Of a stretch of DNA of 60,535 bases, positions 55,389 through 60,535 are shown piece by piece (position 1 is the first letter of the stretch; each line of letters begins with the position of its first letter). The position numbers and the translations under genes are program-made. The notes under the pieces are model-generated. The model ran no database searches. It worked only from the letters and a program-made list of their open reading frames with translations, and was not told where the DNA came from. Source of the DNA: Candidatus Marsarchaeota archaeon (GTDB lineage Archaea > Micrarchaeota > Micrarchaeia > Micrarchaeales > CABMGC01); assembly GCA_023476545.1 (NCBI GenBank), contig JAMCYP010000021.1:1-60535 (forward strand), in the 5' to 3' direction.

Positions 55389-56135
55389 CTAGAGCCTGTC
55401 CATCCTGCTGTAGTTCCTGGCAAGGAACTCGTTGTCACTGCTGCCTGGCATCCTCGCGCGTATCCTGTCAAGAAGCTCCTCCTTTCCGAGGCGCTTCGAG
55501 CAGACAAGTATGACGTTGCCCTCAAAGACAGCCGTGTTTACCTTGTACACGCGGAACCTCTCCTTGAGCTTCTTGGTGTACTCGGCAAAGCGCAGAATGC
55601 CCATCATCCCCATGGCGTAGTTTATCGCTAGCACGCCGTCATCCGATAGCGCGTTGTAGGCATCGTCTACGAACTTCTTCTGGAGGAACTGTTCGGGTAT
55701 CTGCGATGAGGTGTATGCATCGAGCAGTATCGCATCGTACCTCTTGCCGGTAGCGGCCACGTACTCCGCGCCATCGCCAACCATCACGTTCGCCTTGATG
55801 GCAGGTGCGAACCTGCGCGACAGATCCACAGCCCTTTGGCTGAGCTCCACCACGTCAAGGCGAAGCCTCTCGCTCATCAGCCTCGACAGCTGGAACGCGA
55901 CGGTGCCACCTCCCAAGCCTATCAACAGTATACTTGGAGTTGCGAAAGCATACGCCACAGGAAGGAAATAGTCCCAGTACTCGCCGGTGTAGATGCCTCT
56001 GCCCCTCAGCTTCGAGTAGGTGATGCCATCGTACTTCAGCACTCGCTCGTATCCCCTGTCCTCTATCCGGAACCCTTCGTCGCGGGGCGCCAGCCCGCGC
56101 TTCTTCCCCTGACCAAATACGTTAAATATGGACAT
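55389..56135 (-). CDS. spermidine synthase-like class I SAM-binding protein
   Basis: LLIGLGGG, DVVE, GDG, ILLDAY, GVLAIN. Confidence 0.82.
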   Translation of the reverse strand: MSIFNVFGQGKKRGLAPRDEGFRIEDRGYERVLKYDGITYSKLRGRGIYTGEYWDYFLPVAYAFATPSILLIGLGGGTVAFQLSRLMSERLRLDVVELSQRAVDLSRRFAPAIKANVMVGDGAEYVAATGKRYDAILLDAYTSSQIPEQFLQKKFVDDAYNALSDDGVLAINYAMGMMGILRFAEYTKKLKERFRVYKVNTAVFEGNVILVCSKRLGKEELLDRIRARMPGSSDNEFLARNYSRMDRL

Positions 56136-56248
56136 CGGCTCAAGAGACTCTGGTTTCTAAAGCTTAAAACAGTATCGAAAAAGGTTGAACGTTTCGCCAG
56201 AAAGTAATAAATAGCGCTGGCTGGACTTATTCTTTTAAGGTCAGTCTT

Positions 56249-57091
56249 ATGATTAACGCTCTTAAAGTTTACGGCTCTGGAGCCACACCCGAGATCTCAG
56301 AAACGGACATAAGCAAATATTCTCGTAGCTTCGTGGCACTGCTAGAAAAAAGGGCCAATGAGTTCATAGACGCGCGCGTTACCGCCAAAGCAGCAACTCT
56401 GAATGATCAGGCCTCCGAATCCCTTAAGAGCGAGCGGGACTACGTGAAGGTGAAAAAAAGAGAACAGTCTCCCTCTACCAAGCTGAGGAACTACGCAAAG
56501 CTTCACATATTGTATGCGTCCACAGAAAGCCGCATATCCGTGCCGACACACACTGTTGATGGAACTGTGAAGATAAGTATCGACAAGTTCGTTCCTTTGG
56601 TTAAGGAGGAAAGCGGAGCAAGGGCGATTATGTTTGGGCTACTCGAGAATTGCGCGAGAGACCTCGTAGAGTCGGTGCTGTCGAAGTCTAGGAACAATGT
56701 AATTACAGAGGAGCACGGCAGCACCTGCATCATGATTCTGCCTGCAATAAGCCTGATGCGCCTTCCGGGGGTGCCCTTCAACTCCAAAGTGTCGATGCGG
56801 AAGATCGCGAGGAGCACACACTTTCTTTTAGACGACCTGGCAGAAGTAGACAAAGAGCTAAACATCGCGAAAAGAAGCGAGGCGTTTGCTCGCCTACCGA
56901 AGTCAGAAGAGAGGATGCTTGCGGCTTCCTTTCTATTGGTCAGGGACAGGCATCAGCTGACTTACGGAAATACCCAGGAAGAGTTTGAAAAATATGTTTT
57001 GCAGCTATCCTCAAGGCTCGACCTGACGGCTTCGCAGGTGAAGAACTCGCTTGAGGAACTGAGGCGTTTGAAAACGGCCGCCAGGCAATGA
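56249..57091 (+). CDS. hypothetical protein
   Basis: 280 aa ORF; no family recognised. Confidence 0.6.
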   Translation: MINALKVYGSGATPEISETDISKYSRSFVALLEKRANEFIDARVTAKAATLNDQASESLKSERDYVKVKKREQSPSTKLRNYAKLHILYASTESRISVPTHTVDGTVKISIDKFVPLVKEESGARAIMFGLLENCARDLVESVLSKSRNNVITEEHGSTCIMILPAISLMRLPGVPFNSKVSMRKIARSTHFLLDDLAEVDKELNIAKRSEAFARLPKSEERMLAASFLLVRDRHQLTYGNTQEEFEKYVLQLSSRLDLTASQVKNSLEELRRLKTAARQ

Positions 57092-57093
57092 GC

Positions 57094-57345
57094 TCATTCA
57101 GCGTCTTCCTTCTCTCCTTCCTCAAGTATCTGGACTATCTGTCCCTGGCCAAGGCCCGTGGGGAAGTTGTCAAACTTGACAGTGGCGTAGGGCTCATCGG
57201 ATGACACGACCCTTCCCGTCCATATGCGGTCGCTGTTGTCCCTGTACCTGACCCTCTTTCCAACCAGTGAAGAAAAATCAACGTCGCCGTTGGGCGTTAC
57301 GAGCAGATTGTCCTTGTCCAACGATGTGACTATGGCGTCTATCAT
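57094..57345 (-). CDS. L35Ae (eL33)-like small beta-barrel protein
   Basis: SLVGKRVRYRD....TGRVV.....VKFD..P.....GQIVQI resembles archaeal L35Ae. Confidence 0.55.
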   Translation of the reverse strand: MIDAIVTSLDKDNLLVTPNGDVDFSSLVGKRVRYRDNSDRIWTGRVVSSDEPYATVKFDNFPTGLGQGQIVQILEEGEKEDAE

Positions 57346-57450
57346 CAGATCAACACTTCTTCTTTTGCTCTGCGGTTATATAAAACCCAAGCAAAATGTC
57401 ACTGAAAATAACTAGGAAGTCTTTTTAAGCATTTAACATGCAAATGAAGC

Positions 57451-59787
57451 ATGCGATTCGCTCCGCATCTAGGGTTAGTACTTCTAGTTTCACTGCTCAT
57501 AGGAATAAGCGGAGCCACGACAACCAGCTCTAACTCCCTCACCGGGAGCGTCAGCGTGGTGCAGCCATCTGCAAACATAGTGATAACAGGGTTCACCAGC
57601 TCTGCAAATCAGGTAACGGTAGGCTCATCGATGACCTTCACCGCCACGCTTCTAAACAACGGCTACTACGTCACCAACAGCCCGATAAGCTTGTATCTGC
57701 AGACCACCGGCCCATCGCCCATATCCTACACGCAGAGCGTGAACGCTCTTAATCCATGGCCAGCAAATGCTGTTGACATAATCACACTCACCAACGCCAC
57801 GCAGATAGCCGGAAGCTACAGCGCAAACATAGTGGGCAACTACCTTGACCAGAGCAACACACTCAAGTACACAAACATACCCTCACTCTCGTACACGGTG
57901 GTCACACCAAGCACAGGCGGAGGAGGCGGGGGCGGAGGCGGTGGAGGCGGTGGTGGCGGGGCGCCTTCGGTGCCTACGTATCCTGTCGTGCCTCCGAGCG
58001 TATACGTATTCAACATCTCCTCGACGCTCGGAGAGACGATACACTACGCGAGCACCATCTCGACTATACGCTTGTCGGTAAACTCCTCCACATCTGCGCC
58101 CGTGCTGGCAGAGATACAGAACGTAACATACTCATCGCCAGGGCTTCCGACAGGACTCAGGATGCTATCCGCAACCAATATCAACCTGACATCGAGCGCG
58201 CTGGTCCTCATGAACGTCACTGTAAAGTATCCGTGCTCAACCCCCTCGCCTACCGTAGCGCCGTACAAACTGGTAGGTAAGTCGTGGGCTCTCATCTCCC
58301 CGTACAGTGTCGATGCTGCCGCCTGCTCTGTAAACTTCAGGCTCAACAGCAATGACCCTGTGGTCGCAGTGCTGGAGAACGAATCGCTCCTAAGCGCCCC
58401 AATCACTCAGATACCCCGGCTCTACATAACCTACGCGCCGCTCTTCATCACTCTGCTTCGCGGCACAACGACCCTTTCAAACATGGGCTTCCAGAACACT
58501 GGAGTAAATACGGAGAACATCAAGCTGTCAGTGCCGCCACAGTTCTCAAACCTCATGAGTGTGTCTGCAGGAAGCATTGTGCTTGACCCCGGACAGACGA
58601 TAAACGTCAACCTTCTTTTCAGCGCCCCAAACAACTCGACGCTAGGAACATACGTGATACCGCTCAACATAACCACAAGCTCTAACGGAAAGACGGTTAA
58701 CCAGACAGAGTACATCTCCTCGACCATCTATGTGAGGAATGCTACACAGCCATACATGATCAACCAGATCAACGTGATTAACAACACGCAGGTCGCCACA
58801 GGAATAATACAGATAAGCGCGCCGAGCGACAGCAACCTGTCACAGGTGCACATGCAGACGGTGGTTCCTCCCGGCGTTGTTGCCAACGTTTCGCAGGTGA
58901 CGACATTCGGCCTTCAGGCAAGCGTCTCCCAGTCAAACAACACATTCACCATCAACTGGTTTATACCGTTCGTGCCGAAAGGCGCAAACGTCTACGGCTA
59001 CTACAACATCAACAAGCCCAACAGGCAGCAGCTGCTTAAGTATGTGCAGACCGCCTTCGTTGCGCCGGCGCCCATAAGCCCTGCGCAACTGATACGCGTA
59101 ACCAATGTGCAGCTGCCGACATTTTACCAGAGCGTCTCTGGCGACATCGGCGCCCAGATTCTGTACACCGGCGCTCAGCCTACCACTCTTACCCTGAGTC
59201 TCACTGGACCTCCGGACACCACGATAGCCAATCCGGTCATAGTTGAAAACGTTACTCCAAACCAGCTCTTCAACGCCAACTTCTCATTGCTCGCTTCCCA
59301 GACAGGGACAAAACTCCTTACGCTTACGATAGACGTAGAAAATAACACCGTGACCCAGACCTTCCCAGTACTGGTGCTCGCGCAGAGCGGCATACCCAAC
59401 CTGAACATATTTGGCAGCCAGCCGAGCAGCACCACTCTCGCGTTCACAATACTCTTTATAATAATTGCCATGCTTATCATCTCCCGTGTAGCTCCTTCGC
59501 TCAGGGCGCAGAGGCACAGCCCTGGCCCAGCGAAACGACCAGAACACGAGGGCGGGAATGAACCTGGAGAGGCTCGCGAAGGCGAGAGAAGGCCTGTCGT
59601 ATCGCAGCATGTCAAGACGATAAAACACATGCTTGCTGTGGGCAGGGCAAGACACCGTGAACGCGAATCTGCCGAAAGCTCTGCTGAAAGCGAGGCGAGG
59701 AGAAAGGAGGAGGACATGCGCCTTGAGAGGATGAGGAAGCTGAAGGAGATAAAGGACACAATAGAGAAGAAGGATGGAAATGCGTGA
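57451..59787 (+). CDS. large cell-surface glycoprotein (Ig-like/S-layer-like) with TM anchor
   Basis: Signal peptide, S/T/N-rich beta domains, poly-Gly linker at about 57916-57960, C-terminal TM helix and charged cytoplasmic tail. Confidence 0.8.
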   Translation: MRFAPHLGLVLLVSLLIGISGATTTSSNSLTGSVSVVQPSANIVITGFTSSANQVTVGSSMTFTATLLNNGYYVTNSPISLYLQTTGPSPISYTQSVNALNPWPANAVDIITLTNATQIAGSYSANIVGNYLDQSNTLKYTNIPSLSYTVVTPSTGGGGGGGGGGGGGGGAPSVPTYPVVPPSVYVFNISSTLGETIHYASTISTIRLSVNSSTSAPVLAEIQNVTYSSPGLPTGLRMLSATNINLTSSALVLMNVTVKYPCSTPSPTVAPYKLVGKSWALISPYSVDAAACSVNFRLNSNDPVVAVLENESLLSAPITQIPRLYITYAPLFITLLRGTTTLSNMGFQNTGVNTENIKLSVPPQFSNLMSVSAGSIVLDPGQTINVNLLFSAPNNSTLGTYVIPLNITTSSNGKTVNQTEYISSTIYVRNATQPYMINQINVINNTQVATGIIQISAPSDSNLSQVHMQTVVPPGVVANVSQVTTFGLQASVSQSNNTFTINWFIPFVPKGANVYGYYNINKPNRQQLLKYVQTAFVAPAPISPAQLIRVTNVQLPTFYQSVSGDIGAQILYTGAQPTTLTLSLTGPPDTTIANPVIVENVTPNQLFNANFSLLASQTGTKLLTLTIDVENNTVTQTFPVLVLAQSGIPNLNIFGSQPSSTTLAFTILFIIIAMLIISRVAPSLRAQRHSPGPAKRPEHEGGNEPGEAREGERRPVVSQHVKTIKHMLAVGRARHRERESAESSAESEARRKEEDMRLERMRKLKEIKDTIEKKDGNA

Positions 59788-60535
59788 TCGTTTGCTTAGA
59801 CCATACCTCATAGGAGTGCTGAGCCAGAAAGGCGGCGTGGGCAAGACCACAGTGGCGGTAAACCTAGCCATGGCGCTCAAGCTACTCAACAAGCGGGTGC
59901 TGCTGATCGATGCCGACACCGACAACCCTGCAGTGGGGCTGCACCTCGGAATGGAAGGCGTCAACATAGGGTTCGAGGACCTGGTGGCGAAAGGGTCGAA
60001 CCTCGGAGAGGTGATCGCAGTGCACGGATCCAGCGGTGTGCACTGCATACTGGGCACGCTTCACACGAGGCCGTTCCAGATGAACACCAAGCACACCACT
60101 CACCTGTTCAGGCAGCTCGACGGCTGCAACTATGACTTCGTTGTCATAGACACTGCGCCCGGGCTCCAGCATGAGGAGGACACAATGCCGTTCGATGACG
60201 CTGTGATAGTTGCGACTCCGGATCTGCCTGCGCTGACCAGCGCGCTCAGACTCGCGGAGGAGCTGAAGGGATCGCGCAGCAGGTACTCGCTCACGCTAAA
60301 CAGGATAACGGGAAAGAGCTACGAGCTCAGGCCCAGGGAGATAGAAAGCGCGTGGGGAGGCAAGAGCGCTGCGCTGCTTCCAGAGGACGTGCTCGTAAGC
60401 GAGAGCCTAGCGGCGCGCATACCAGCGTCGCTGAGCAGTTCCGACTCGCCGTTTACCGCTGCAATGAGGAAGCTTGCAAAGACCTATGCGGATAAGGCGA
60501 AGCGCGCATCGTCGCATGGGCCTAACTTCTACAGC
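59780..60535 (+). CDS. MinD/ParA family ATPase (3' truncated; absent from the ORF track)
   Basis: Manual translation: SQKGGVGKTTVAVNLA, VLLIDAD, VIDTAPG, VATPD, LNR, LPED; open to the window end. Confidence 0.92.
   Translation, partial: MRDRLLRPYLIGVLSQKGGVGKTTVAVNLAMALKLLNKRVLLIDADTDNPAVGLHLGMEGVNIGFEDLVAKGSNLGEVIAVHGSSGVHCILGTLHTRPFQMNTKHTTHLFRQLDGCNYDFVVIDTAPGLQHEEDTMPFDDAVIVATPDLPALTSALRLAEELKGSRSRYSLTLNRITGKSYELRPREIESAWGGKSAALLPEDVLVSESLAARIPASLSSSDSPFTAAMRKLAKTYADKAKRASSHGPNFYS

Noticed and set aside
57916-57960. GGN repeat tract
   Set aside because: It simply encodes a poly-Gly linker.
1-60535. CRISPR arrays, rRNA, IS elements, tRNA introns
   Set aside because: None recognised by eye in this window.

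Overview
A gene-dense, fairly GC-rich archaeal chromosome segment. Archaeal markers include RpoK, L30e/S12/S7/EF-2, L7Ae/S28e/L24e, a histone, RFC-L, SMC, Hef, geranylgeranyl reductase and HMG-CoA synthase. Fragmented operons, divergent ribosomal proteins, many orphans and DUF929 suggest a DPANN archaeon, most likely Micrarchaeota (inference). RNA genes are four complete intronless tRNAs (Glu-CTC, Gly-TCC, Gly-GCC, Phe-GAA), a partial class-II tRNA at the left edge and a compact RNase P RNA of about 237 nt. The best candidate for an undescribed system is the roughly 8 kb block at 40062-47801, between cysS and tRNA-Phe. It encodes two tandem, non-canonical TrpRS paralogues, an orphan TrpD-like phosphoribosyltransferase with an altered acceptor site, a BtpA/SgcQ TIM barrel, a DUF62/SAM-halogenase-family enzyme lacking the hydrolase His, an EamA transporter and an M20 amidohydrolase. 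This resembles a pathway for making, activating, exporting or resisting an unusual amino acid or aminoacyl-nucleoside. Other notable items are an integrase-free VapBC cassette bounded by a 19-bp tRNA-Gly direct repeat, a candidate -1 frameshift at the end of an aldo/keto reductase, a free-standing LAGLIDADG gene abutting tRNA-Phe, and substitutions at normally invariant positions of uS12 and EF-2. All calls come from motif recognition by eye; no database searches were run.
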